NCBI GenBank assembly: GCA_963772365.1
Contig: CAVYXA010000003.1
Span: 544,001-608,000 of the forward strand
Direction of reading: 5' to 3'
DNA: 64,000 bases
From: an uncultured Verrucomicrobiae bacterium
GTDB taxonomy: Bacteria; Verrucomicrobiota; Verrucomicrobiia; Chthoniobacterales; UBA10450
The notes beneath the pieces were generated by a model, which ran no database searches, had not been told where the DNA came from, and saw only the letters and a program-made list of their open reading frames with translations. Positions 1-7,678 of this stretch are shown here, piece by piece. Position 1 is the first letter of the stretch, and every line of letters starts with the position of its first letter. The translations under genes and the position numbers were made by a program.

Positions 1-1489
1 GGCCTGCGGATCTGGCGGCATGTTCGTTCAGTCGGCGCACTTCATTGAGGAACATCGCAAGGAATTATCCAAAGGCGTGGACAGCAGTGTCTATGTCTAC
101 GGACAAGAGAAGGTTCTTGAGACAGTCAATCTCGCGAAGATGAACTTAGCCGTGAATGGTCTGCGCGGCGATATCAAGAAGGGCATCAGCTATTACGACG
201 ATCACTTCAATAGCTTTGGAGCGTTCGACTACGTCCTGGCAAATCCGCCGTTCAATGTGGACGACGTTAGCCTAAACCGGGTTGAAAAGGACCGGCGCTT
301 TAGCACCTACGGGATTCCGCGGAACAAGAGCAAAGCCAAGAAAAAGGACAAAGGGAAAGAGACCGTTCCGAACGCCAACTATCTTTGGATCGATCTCTTC
401 GCTACGTCACTCAAGCCGAAAGGCCGCGCCGCGCTCGTCATGGCCAACTCCGCTTCGGACGCGCGCCATTCCGAGGCCGACATCCGCCGCACCTTGATCG
501 AGAACAATCTCATCTACGCGATGCTGACTTTGCCCTCGAACATGTTCTACACCGTCCCGCTCCCGGCCACGCTCTGGTTCTTCGACAAAGGGAAAAAGGA
601 CGATCGCATCCTGTTTATCGATGCCCGGAACATTTTCACTCCGATCGATCGCGCCCATCGCGAGTTCTCCGAGGAGCAGATCCAGAACATCGCCATCATC
701 AGTCAGCTTCACAAAGGCCGGCGCGAAAAGTTTGTGCAATTGGTGGACCGCTACTTCGCGGCGGGCATGGAACGGCTGATCGAGAACAAGACCCGCGTTG
801 AACCTGTCTCCGCGCAGTTGCTCGAAGTGCTCGACGACGCCGCTGGAAAACAGACAGTCGCCGATCTCGTGAAACAATGGGCCGGTCTCAACAAACTCCA
901 AACACGCTACGAACAATATTTGGAGGGCGCCGCGCCGCTCGCCACGCCGAAGCCGGGCGAAGGCGGGTCAGCGCCAAAGGGGAACATTGAAAAGCTCAAC
1001 AAAGCCCAGCACCGGTTGCGCGAAAACTTCGATCCTTTCTTTGCCGCGTTGCACGAAGGCCTGAAGCAATTGGATAAAACTGTGCGCCAGCACGAGATCC
1101 GCCTTCGTCAAGACTCCGGCGCGACAGGAGCAGTAGGCCGCAAATTGCGCGAACTCAAGGCCGCGCTGGAGCAATTGCACAAAGAGGTAAAGAACGCCGA
1201 AATTTTCTACGAGCACATCCACTGGTTGCAGGAGCGCTTTCCGAAAGCGGAATACGAAGACGTGACCGGCCTGTGCAAACTCGCCAGCCCGGCGGAAGTA
1301 AAAGAGCAAGAATATTCGCTGAATCCCGGTCGTTACGTCGGCGTGGTGATTGAGGAGGATGGGAAAACAGAAGAGGAGTTTGTCGAGGAAGTTCTACAAT
1401 CCAACGATGAGATTAGCGCCCTCAACATAAAGGCGCATTCCCTCGAGCAAACAATCTCCACGAACATCAAGGCGCTTGTCGGCGAATGA
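1..1489 (+). CDS. hsdM: Type I restriction-modification methyltransferase subunit M (5'-truncated by window edge)
   Basis: Begins with (A)CGSGGMFVQS SAM-binding motif, NPPF catalytic motif, YSLNPGRYVG C-terminal motif; directly upstream of hsdS. Confidence 0.95.
   Translation, partial: ACGSGGMFVQSAHFIEEHRKELSKGVDSSVYVYGQEKVLETVNLAKMNLAVNGLRGDIKKGISYYDDHFNSFGAFDYVLANPPFNVDDVSLNRVEKDRRFSTYGIPRNKSKAKKKDKGKETVPNANYLWIDLFATSLKPKGRAALVMANSASDARHSEADIRRTLIENNLIYAMLTLPSNMFYTVPLPATLWFFDKGKKDDRILFIDARNIFTPIDRAHREFSEEQIQNIAIISQLHKGRREKFVQLVDRYFAAGMERLIENKTRVEPVSAQLLEVLDDAAGKQTVADLVKQWAGLNKLQTRYEQYLEGAAPLATPKPGEGGSAPKGNIEKLNKAQHRLRENFDPFFAALHEGLKQLDKTVRQHEIRLRQDSGATGAVGRKLRELKAALEQLHKEVKNAEIFYEHIHWLQERFPKAEYEDVTGLCKLASPAEVKEQEYSLNPGRYVGVVIEEDGKTEEEFVEEVLQSNDEISALNIKAHSLEQTISTNIKALVGE
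922..975 (+). repeat. Nested palindromic element in-frame in hsdM
   Basis: GGAGGGCGCCGCGCCG[CTCGCCACGCCGAAGCCGGGCGAAGGCGGG]TCAGCGCC; encodes EGAAPLATPKPGEGGSAP. Confidence 0.65.
1098..1127 (-). repeat. 30-nt element in-frame in hsdM
   Basis: Minus strand CTGTCGCGCCGGAGTCTTGACGAAGGCGGA shares CGAAGGCGG with 938-967; encodes RLRQDSGATG. Confidence 0.6.
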
Positions 1490-2802
1490 CGAACAACGCG
1501 AAATCCTTTACGCTTGGCCAAATTTGTCACCTCATCACAGATGGCAAGCACGGCGACTGTAATGACGAGTCAGATTCAGGGTTTTTCTTTATCAGCGCGA
1601 AGGACGTTAGAGACGGCAAAATTCACTACGGCGAAGCCCGTCAGATAACGCGTGCAGATTTTGAAGATACGCATCGACGAACCAGACTCGCGCCTAACGA
1701 TATCCTTGTCACTAACAGCGGGACGATTGGCAGACTCGCCATCGTGCCCGACGCGGAGATAACTCGTCGGACAACTTTCCAGAAGAGCGTCGCTATCATC
1801 AAGCCGGATACCGTCGTGGTCCTTCCGAAATTCCTGTATTACACCTTTCATGCGCATCTTCATTATTTGATCGAGATGGCAGGTGGAACGGCGCAAAAAA
1901 ATCTGCTTCTCGGTGATCTCAGGCGATTCAAGTGCATAATTCCCGATCTCACTGTACAGCGAAAAATCGCGGCGATTCTCTCGGCGTATGATGAGCTGAT
2001 TGAAAACAACCAGCGGCGCATCGCGCTGCTGGAAAAGATGGCCGAGGAAATCTACCGCGAATGGTTCGTCCGTCTCCGCTTCCCCGGCCACGAAAAAGTG
2101 AAGAAAGTAAAAGGCGTGCCAGACGGATGGGAGTTGGTGAAGCTAGAACGCGCCTTCAACTTCACCGGCGGCGGCACTCCATCAAAGGGAGTTGAGCGCT
2201 TTTGGAACGGCGGAGACGTGAATTGGTTCACGCCTTCAGACATCACGGGCGCAGACGGAATCTTCTTGGAAAAATCCGGTGACCAATGCACGGAAGAAGG
2301 TTTCAACAACAGCTCTGCCAAAATGTTCCCCGCGTATTCCGTGATGCTGACCAGCCGGGCGACCATTGGTGCAATCGGCATCAACACAACTCCCGCGTGC
2401 ACGAACCAAGGTTTCATCACGTGTATTCCGAACGAGCGTTACCCGCTGCCGTATCTTTATCACTGGCTGAAGTTAGGGAAGCCGCATTTTGAATTGTTGG
2501 CTGGCGGAGCAACATTCGCCGAGCTGACGAAAGGCACATTCAAGCGAATCGAAATTTTTACGCCGCCCGAGCCGATTGTCACGGAGTTCGCGCGCATTGA
2601 GTCGCCCTTGTTTAAGAACATCGAAGCACTTCTCCAAGCGAATCGGAAGTTAGTCGAAACCCGTAACAAACTGTTGCCGCGTCTCATCTCCGGCAAACTC
2701 TCGGTCGAGAACCTCAACATCCCGCCCGGCATGGCGGAGGGATCGCAGGCCGGGGCAACTGCCTTTACGGAATCCGTGCCGGCCGGTATAATCGCCCCAT
2801 GA
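1486..2802 (+). CDS. hsdS: Type I R-M specificity subunit S
   Basis: Two TRDs separated by the conserved QRKIAAILSAYDELIENNQRRIALLE helix; C-terminal RNKLLPRLISGKL; ATGA overlap with hsdM. Confidence 0.95.
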   Translation: MTNNAKSFTLGQICHLITDGKHGDCNDESDSGFFFISAKDVRDGKIHYGEARQITRADFEDTHRRTRLAPNDILVTNSGTIGRLAIVPDAEITRRTTFQKSVAIIKPDTVVVLPKFLYYTFHAHLHYLIEMAGGTAQKNLLLGDLRRFKCIIPDLTVQRKIAAILSAYDELIENNQRRIALLEKMAEEIYREWFVRLRFPGHEKVKKVKGVPDGWELVKLERAFNFTGGGTPSKGVERFWNGGDVNWFTPSDITGADGIFLEKSGDQCTEEGFNNSSAKMFPAYSVMLTSRATIGAIGINTTPACTNQGFITCIPNERYPLPYLYHWLKLGKPHFELLAGGATFAELTKGTFKRIEIFTPPEPIVTEFARIESPLFKNIEALLQANRKLVETRNKLLPRLISGKLSVENLNIPPGMAEGSQAGATAFTESVPAGIIAP

Positions 2803-3077
2803 GCACGATCACCGCCATTCTCGAACCCGACCCGGATGGCACCTTGCACCTGCCGCTGCCGGCCGAGTTGCGCGGCGTGAAAGTCGAGGTCACCGCCACG
2901 CTCAAGCCGGCCGATGGACAATTGCCATCGCCGCCCAAAGCCACACCGGAGATGATCCAGCGGCGAATGGCCGCGCTCGCGCGCGTGCGTGAGCTCGATC
3001 CCTACCGCGACATTGCCGACCCCGTGGCATGGCAGCGCGAAATCCGCAAGGATCGCCCGCTCCCCGGCCGCGAATGA
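2799..3077 (+). CDS. Putative antitoxin partner of the downstream PIN toxin
   Basis: 92 aa; N-terminal DPDGTLHLPLP beta-type motif, C-terminal DPVAWQREIR.DRPLP; ATGA overlap with hsdS; 4 nt upstream of a PIN gene. Confidence 0.7.
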   Translation: MSTITAILEPDPDGTLHLPLPAELRGVKVEVTATLKPADGQLPSPPKATPEMIQRRMAALARVRELDPYRDIADPVAWQREIRKDRPLPGRE

Positions 3078-3081
3078 CTTC

Positions 3082-3459
3082 ATGCTCCTGGATTCCAACG
3101 TCATCATCGACGCGGCGAAACCGAGCGGAGAATGGCTGGCCCGCTTCGTGGCGGACGCCGGCGCGTGCATCAGCATCATCACGCGGATTGAAGTGCTGGG
3201 ATATCACCTGCTGACGACTGAGGAAGAAAGGGCAATCAGTCTCTACCTCGGTGATCTTTCCGAGCTTCCGGTCGACCATCCCGTGGCCGATCGTGCGATT
3301 GCCTTGCGGAAACAAAAGAAGATGGGACTGGCCGATTCCATTCTGGCCGCGACGGCGCAAGTGCACGGCCTGCCACTGGTGACGCGGAATGTGGCCGACT
3401 TCAAGGACGTGGCCGGGCTGAGCGTGATCGATCCGGTTGCGGCCAAGCCCCAGGGCTGA
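3082..3459 (+). CDS. vapC: VapC-family PIN-domain ribonuclease toxin
   Basis: MLLDSNVII, ITRIEVLG, LADSILAATA, LVTRNVADF PIN motifs; start set at ATG 3082. Confidence 0.9.
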   Translation: MLLDSNVIIDAAKPSGEWLARFVADAGACISIITRIEVLGYHLLTTEEERAISLYLGDLSELPVDHPVADRAIALRKQKKMGLADSILAATAQVHGLPLVTRNVADFKDVAGLSVIDPVAAKPQG

Positions 3460-3485
3460 ATGAGTAGCGGATTACCGACTCCTGG

Positions 3486-3524
3486 TGTTCACGAAAACAG
3501 CCATGTTCACGGCCCCGTGAACAT
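3486..3524. promoter_or_regulatory. Perfect 10-bp inverted repeat plus an extra half-site upstream of hsdR
   Basis: ATGTTCACGG-cc-CCGTGAACAT at 3503-3524; extra TGTTCACG at 3486-3493. Confidence 0.5.
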
Positions 3525-3548
3525 TCCATCGCCCGGGAAGGCAATCTG

Positions 3549-6500
3549 ATGCCTAACTTCATTTCCGAAGATCAGATTGAGCAGGCGTTTCTCCAGCGCC
3601 TGCAACATCAACTCGGATATGACGTGCTCAATTGTTACACAACCGATCCGGAAGATCTTAATGACGGATCGAACCGGACAGACAAGCGCGAGGTCGTCTT
3701 CAGCGACAGGCTGCGAAGTGCGGTAACACGGCTCAATCCCAAAATTCCCGAACCTGCGATCGAGGATGCACTGGCAAAGTTTTCAGAAAAACGCGCGGCC
3801 ATGTCCGAGGTGGCGGCCAATCACGAAATCGACACGCTCATCCGCGATGGTGTTCCGGTTCAGTTCGAGAGCAAACAAGGTCGAACCGAGGATGGCCGGG
3901 TAAGGCTGATCGATTTCCAGAATCCCGAGAACAACGAATTCCTGGCGGTTTCCCAGATGTGGGTGAAAGGCGAGCGCGGCTATCGCCGGCCGGATGTGCT
4001 CCTTTATGTGAACGGCGTTCCGCTCGTCTTCATCGAGCTCAAGAATTCGAACGTTAAATTAAAGAGCGCCTTCGAGTCTAACGTCGTCGCTTACAGGTCG
4101 GAGATACCGCAGCTTTATCTGACGAACGCGTTCTGCGTGCTTTCAAATGGTCTGCAAACGCGGGTCGGAAGCATGACGGCCGAATGGGAGCATTTCTTTA
4201 CCTGGCTTCGGGTTGAGGACGAGAAGGAGAAGGTCAATCGCGAAAAACTTGAAGAGAAAGGCGAGACGGTAGTTCGCGTAATCGACGGGCTATTCCCGAA
4301 AGCTCGGCTCCTCGATTACGTGGAGCATTTCGTTCTCTATTACGACGACAAACAAAAGATCATCGGGCAAAACCATCAATTCATCGGCGTGAACAAAGCC
4401 TACGACGCCTTCCTTAATCGCAAAAAGAAAGAAGGAAGACTCGGCGTTTTTTGGCACACGCAGGGGTCGGGCAAGAGCTTTTCGATGATCTTCCTCGTGC
4501 GCAAAATCTTTCGCACGCTCACCGGGAACTTCACGTTTGTGGTCGTGACCGACCGGGAAGATCTGGATGGGCAAATCTATCGCAACTTTCTGCACACGGA
4601 GACGGTCAAGAAAAGCGATACCGCTCAACCCAAAGACAGCGAGGAAATGCGAAAGTTTCTTGGCCAGAACAAGCGTCTCGTTTTCACGCTGATCCAGAAA
4701 TTTGGCTGGCCCAAGGGGAAGGAATATCCGCTGCTGTCAGAGCGCAACGACATCGTGGTGATGGTGGATGAAGCCCACCGCACTCAATACAAATCGCTCG
4801 CCGAAAACATGCGTCATGGTTTGCCGAAGGCGCAGTACCTGGCGTTTACTGGAACTCCGCTACTGGGACGCGAGCGCAAAACCAACGCCTGGTTCGGGGA
4901 TTATGTTTCCGAATACAACTTCCAGCAGTCGATGGACGACGGCGCGACTGTGCCGCTTTTCTATCAAAAGCGTGTCCCCGAGGTTCTGATTCAGAACGAA
5001 GATTTGAGTGACGAATTTTACGAAATCCTCGAGGACGAAAATCTGGATGAGGCCCAAACGGAAAAGCTGGAAAAAAGGTTCTCGACTGAGGTCGAAATAA
5101 TAAGGCGCGACGATCGCTTGGAAACGATCGCCAGAGACATCGTCTACCATTTTCCGCGGCGAGGTTATCTCGGGAAGGGAATCGTCATCTCACTCGACAA
5201 GTTCACCGCCGTGAAAATGTACGACAAGGTCCAGCGGCTTTGGAAGGAACAGATCAAAGAGCTGCTCGGCCGGATCAACAAGGCCGGCAGTGAAATTGAG
5301 AAGGAACGATTGAAGAAGCGGGTGGATTACATGCGCCGGGTCGAGATGGCCGTGGTTGTCAGCGAAGAAGCCGGCGAGGAGGAAAGGTTCAAGAAACAAA
5401 AGCTGGACATCAAGCCCCATCGACAGCGGATGAACGGTGTTGACGAGCACGGCCACGATATCGAGTACAACTTCAAAGATCCCGAACATCCGCTCCAGCT
5501 TGTCTTCGTTTGCGCGATGTGGCTGACGGGTTTTGATGCGCCCACCGTCTCGACGCTCTATCTCGACAAACCGCAGAAGGATCACACGCTGATGCAATCG
5601 ATCGCTCGGGCGAATCGGGTGACTTCATTCAAAATCAACGGCGTCGAGAAGCGGACGGGGGAGATCGTTGATTACTACAACGTCTTCCGCAACATGAAGA
5701 AGGCGTTGAAAGATTATGCGCAAGGCGCGGAAGGCGCCGATGAGCCGCCAGTCAAAGAGAAGGCTGAGCTATTTCGCCTCCTCAATGATTCCATTGAGCA
5801 AGCCACGGCATTTTGCCAATCGCACAGTGTGCGCATCGATAAACTGCTGAACACCAAAGATACGTTCAAGAACGTCGAGCAATTCAAGGAATACGCTGAC
5901 ATTCTTCTTACGCAGGACGAATGGCGCAAGGCATTCAGTGTTTACGAAAACACCGTGACTGCGCTCTATGAGGCGAGCAAACCGGAGATACTGCGTCAGC
6001 CGGAGATCGTTCGCACAGTTGCGGTGTTTCAATATTTGCGCGGCGTAATTGACGCGATCGTCGAGCAAACCGACATCGACGCTGTTGGTCTGCGGGTCGG
6101 AGAGCTGCTGGATGAAAGCGTGGTCGTGGCGAAGGAATCGAACGATGCCGCGAGCGGCTACGGAATTCTGAAACAGGGAAGAAAGTGGGACCTGAGCAAG
6201 ATCGACTTCGAAGAATTGCGCAAGGATTTCAAGAAAGCGGCGTACAGAAACATCGAGATCGCAGACCTCCGCGCGTTCATCGAGAAAAAGTTAGAGCAAA
6301 TGCTGAAGCAAAATCGCACCAGGAGCGATTTCGCGCAGCGACTGCAAGAGATCATCGACGAATACAACGCTGGCGGGACCTCGAATGAAAACTACTTCGA
6401 AGAACTTCTAAGATTCACGAAGGAACTAAAGGCAGAAGCCGAGCGCCATGTTCGCGAAGGACTCTCTGAAGATGAATTGGAGCTGTTCGACCTAATCAAA

Positions 6501-6770
6501 AAAGACGCAATGACGAAAGACGAAACACAGAAGGTTAAGCTCGCTGCCAAAGCGCTCCTGCATCGCCTGCGCGAAGAAGCGCCGCCCGTCCTTGTCCAAG
6601 ACTGGTTTAAGGACGTTCAAAGCCAGAAAGTAGTCCGGTCAGCAGTTGAGGCTGTTCTGGACGCAAACCTGCCGAATACGTACGATCGAGTCTTGTTTAG
6701 GAAAAAGTGCGACAACGTGCTTGAGATGATGCTCGATTACGCGTCGCATGGTCTGAAATGGGCAGCGTAA
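3549..6770 (+). CDS. hsdR: Type I restriction endonuclease subunit R
   Basis: RPDVLLYVNGVPLVFIELK nuclease motif, HTQGSGKS Walker A, DEAH, FTGTP, MWLTGFDAP, QSIARANR. Confidence 0.97.
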   Translation: MPNFISEDQIEQAFLQRLQHQLGYDVLNCYTTDPEDLNDGSNRTDKREVVFSDRLRSAVTRLNPKIPEPAIEDALAKFSEKRAAMSEVAANHEIDTLIRDGVPVQFESKQGRTEDGRVRLIDFQNPENNEFLAVSQMWVKGERGYRRPDVLLYVNGVPLVFIELKNSNVKLKSAFESNVVAYRSEIPQLYLTNAFCVLSNGLQTRVGSMTAEWEHFFTWLRVEDEKEKVNREKLEEKGETVVRVIDGLFPKARLLDYVEHFVLYYDDKQKIIGQNHQFIGVNKAYDAFLNRKKKEGRLGVFWHTQGSGKSFSMIFLVRKIFRTLTGNFTFVVVTDREDLDGQIYRNFLHTETVKKSDTAQPKDSEEMRKFLGQNKRLVFTLIQKFGWPKGKEYPLLSERNDIVVMVDEAHRTQYKSLAENMRHGLPKAQYLAFTGTPLLGRERKTNAWFGDYVSEYNFQQSMDDGATVPLFYQKRVPEVLIQNEDLSDEFYEILEDENLDEAQTEKLEKRFSTEVEIIRRDDRLETIARDIVYHFPRRGYLGKGIVISLDKFTAVKMYDKVQRLWKEQIKELLGRINKAGSEIEKERLKKRVDYMRRVEMAVVVSEEAGEEERFKKQKLDIKPHRQRMNGVDEHGHDIEYNFKDPEHPLQLVFVCAMWLTGFDAPTVSTLYLDKPQKDHTLMQSIARANRVTSFKINGVEKRTGEIVDYYNVFRNMKKALKDYAQGAEGADEPPVKEKAELFRLLNDSIEQATAFCQSHSVRIDKLLNTKDTFKNVEQFKEYADILLTQDEWRKAFSVYENTVTALYEASKPEILRQPEIVRTVAVFQYLRGVIDAIVEQTDIDAVGLRVGELLDESVVVAKESNDAASGYGILKQGRKWDLSKIDFEELRKDFKKAAYRNIEIADLRAFIEKKLEQMLKQNRTRSDFAQRLQEIIDEYNAGGTSNENYFEELLRFTKELKAEAERHVREGLSEDELELFDLIKKDAMTKDETQKVKLAAKALLHRLREEAPPVLVQDWFKDVQSQKVVRSAVEAVLDANLPNTYDRVLFRKKCDNVLEMMLDYASHGLKWAA

Positions 6771-6780
6771 CCAAAGATTT

Positions 6781-6990
6781 TTCAGCAGAAGCAATCGCAC
6801 CCGAAGGCGAAGTCATTGATGTCTTCCAAGCTGCCGGGCTACCACAACCAAACTGTCAGATCAGTTTCTGGCGAAAGTTCGCGGACTCAAATCATAAGAA
6901 CGTCGCCGCTGAGTTACTCGCGAAACTTTTAGGCGACGAGATCAAAACGCGATCGAAACGGAACCTCGTTCAGAGCCGTGAGTTCTCCGC
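6781..6990 (+). pseudogene. Relic C-terminal (DUF3387-like) fragment of a different hsdR
   Basis: Translation EVIDVFQAAGLPQPN...HKNVAAELLAKLLGDEIKTRSKRNLVQSREFS resembles the HsdR C-terminal pattern (VIDIF.AAGL.KP...KNLA.ELL.KLL.DEI..R...NLVQ...FS) from recall; no helicase part. Confidence 0.7.
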
Positions 6991-7153
6991 CGTAACGCGG
7001 GTGAAGGAGCTCCGAAACCGTTCGCGAGCAGGCAGGCCGGGCTTTCAAATGCTGAAAATGCCGTGAGGTGCTGAATGCACACCAAACGAGTTCTTGGCAT
7101 GCTGTGCAACCTGCAGCAGTATCGCGCACCAGTAACCAGATTGGAGCCCGAGC

Positions 7154-7396
7154 GTGCAAGTTGTTTACACCGAAGTTGCCCTTGACGATCTGCGACGTAT
7201 TCCGAAGCGCTTTGCACGGCAGATCGTGGCCAAGGTGTCACGGCTCGAACATGGCCTGCATGGCGATATCAAGCGGTTGACGAACTTCGATTGCGATTAT
7301 CGACTGCGGTGCGGCGACTACCGAGTCCTCTTCGATCTTGAGGAAACCACCGTGATAGTGCATCGTGTCCGGCATCGCCGGGAGGCTTATGACTAA
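7154..7396 (+). CDS. RelE/ParE-family toxin
   Basis: 80 aa; ALDDLRRIP, GDIKRL, YRLRCGDYRVLFD, VRHRREAY. Confidence 0.9.
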   Translation: MQVVYTEVALDDLRRIPKRFARQIVAKVSRLEHGLHGDIKRLTNFDCDYRLRCGDYRVLFDLEETTVIVHRVRHRREAYD

Positions 7397-7571
7397 GGCA
7401 GCACTGAAGAATTTCGCTACGGAGATCAAGCGCAAGCGGCGCGAAGTCTCGCGGCTGCAGGAAGACTTGAGCGACATGCTGGACCATCTCGCCGTCCTTG
7501 AAGCGCGCGCCAAATCGGTGGGCGGGAGACGTTATTCTACCGTCGAGGTGAAGAAAGCGCTCAGTCTTTGA
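7389..7571 (+). CDS. Putative antitoxin downstream of the RelE-like toxin
   Basis: 60 aa helical protein with LQEDLSDMLDHLAVLEAR...YSTVEVKKAL; GGAGG RBS; overlaps toxin stop. Confidence 0.7.
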   Translation: MTKAALKNFATEIKRKRREVSRLQEDLSDMLDHLAVLEARAKSVGGRRYSTVEVKKALSL

Positions 7572-7586
7572 AACTGCAGAACAAGT

Positions 7587-7658
7587 ATGGCCGATAAAGT
7601 AAAACTGTGGTTCGATCCCGAAGGCGATTACCTCGAAGTCTGCCACCGATTCCGCTGA
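7587..7658 (+). pseudogene. Truncated DUF2283-like gene (23 aa)
   Basis: ATG 7587 reads MADKVKLWFDPEGDYLEV, a DUF2283-like N-terminus from recall, then stops inside a REP at 7651. Confidence 0.55.
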
Positions 7659-7675
7659 GGACAGCGGACGCTACA
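7651..7675 (-). repeat. GTAG-type REP element
   Basis: Minus strand TGTAGCGTCCGCTGTCCTCAGCGGA with a TCCGCTG/CAGCGGA hairpin. Confidence 0.7.
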
Positions 7676-7678
7676 GCA

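Noticed and set aside
7095..7110. TGGCATGCTGTGCAA as a sigma-54 promoter
   Set aside because: GG-to-GC spacing is shorter than the strict -24/-12 requirement
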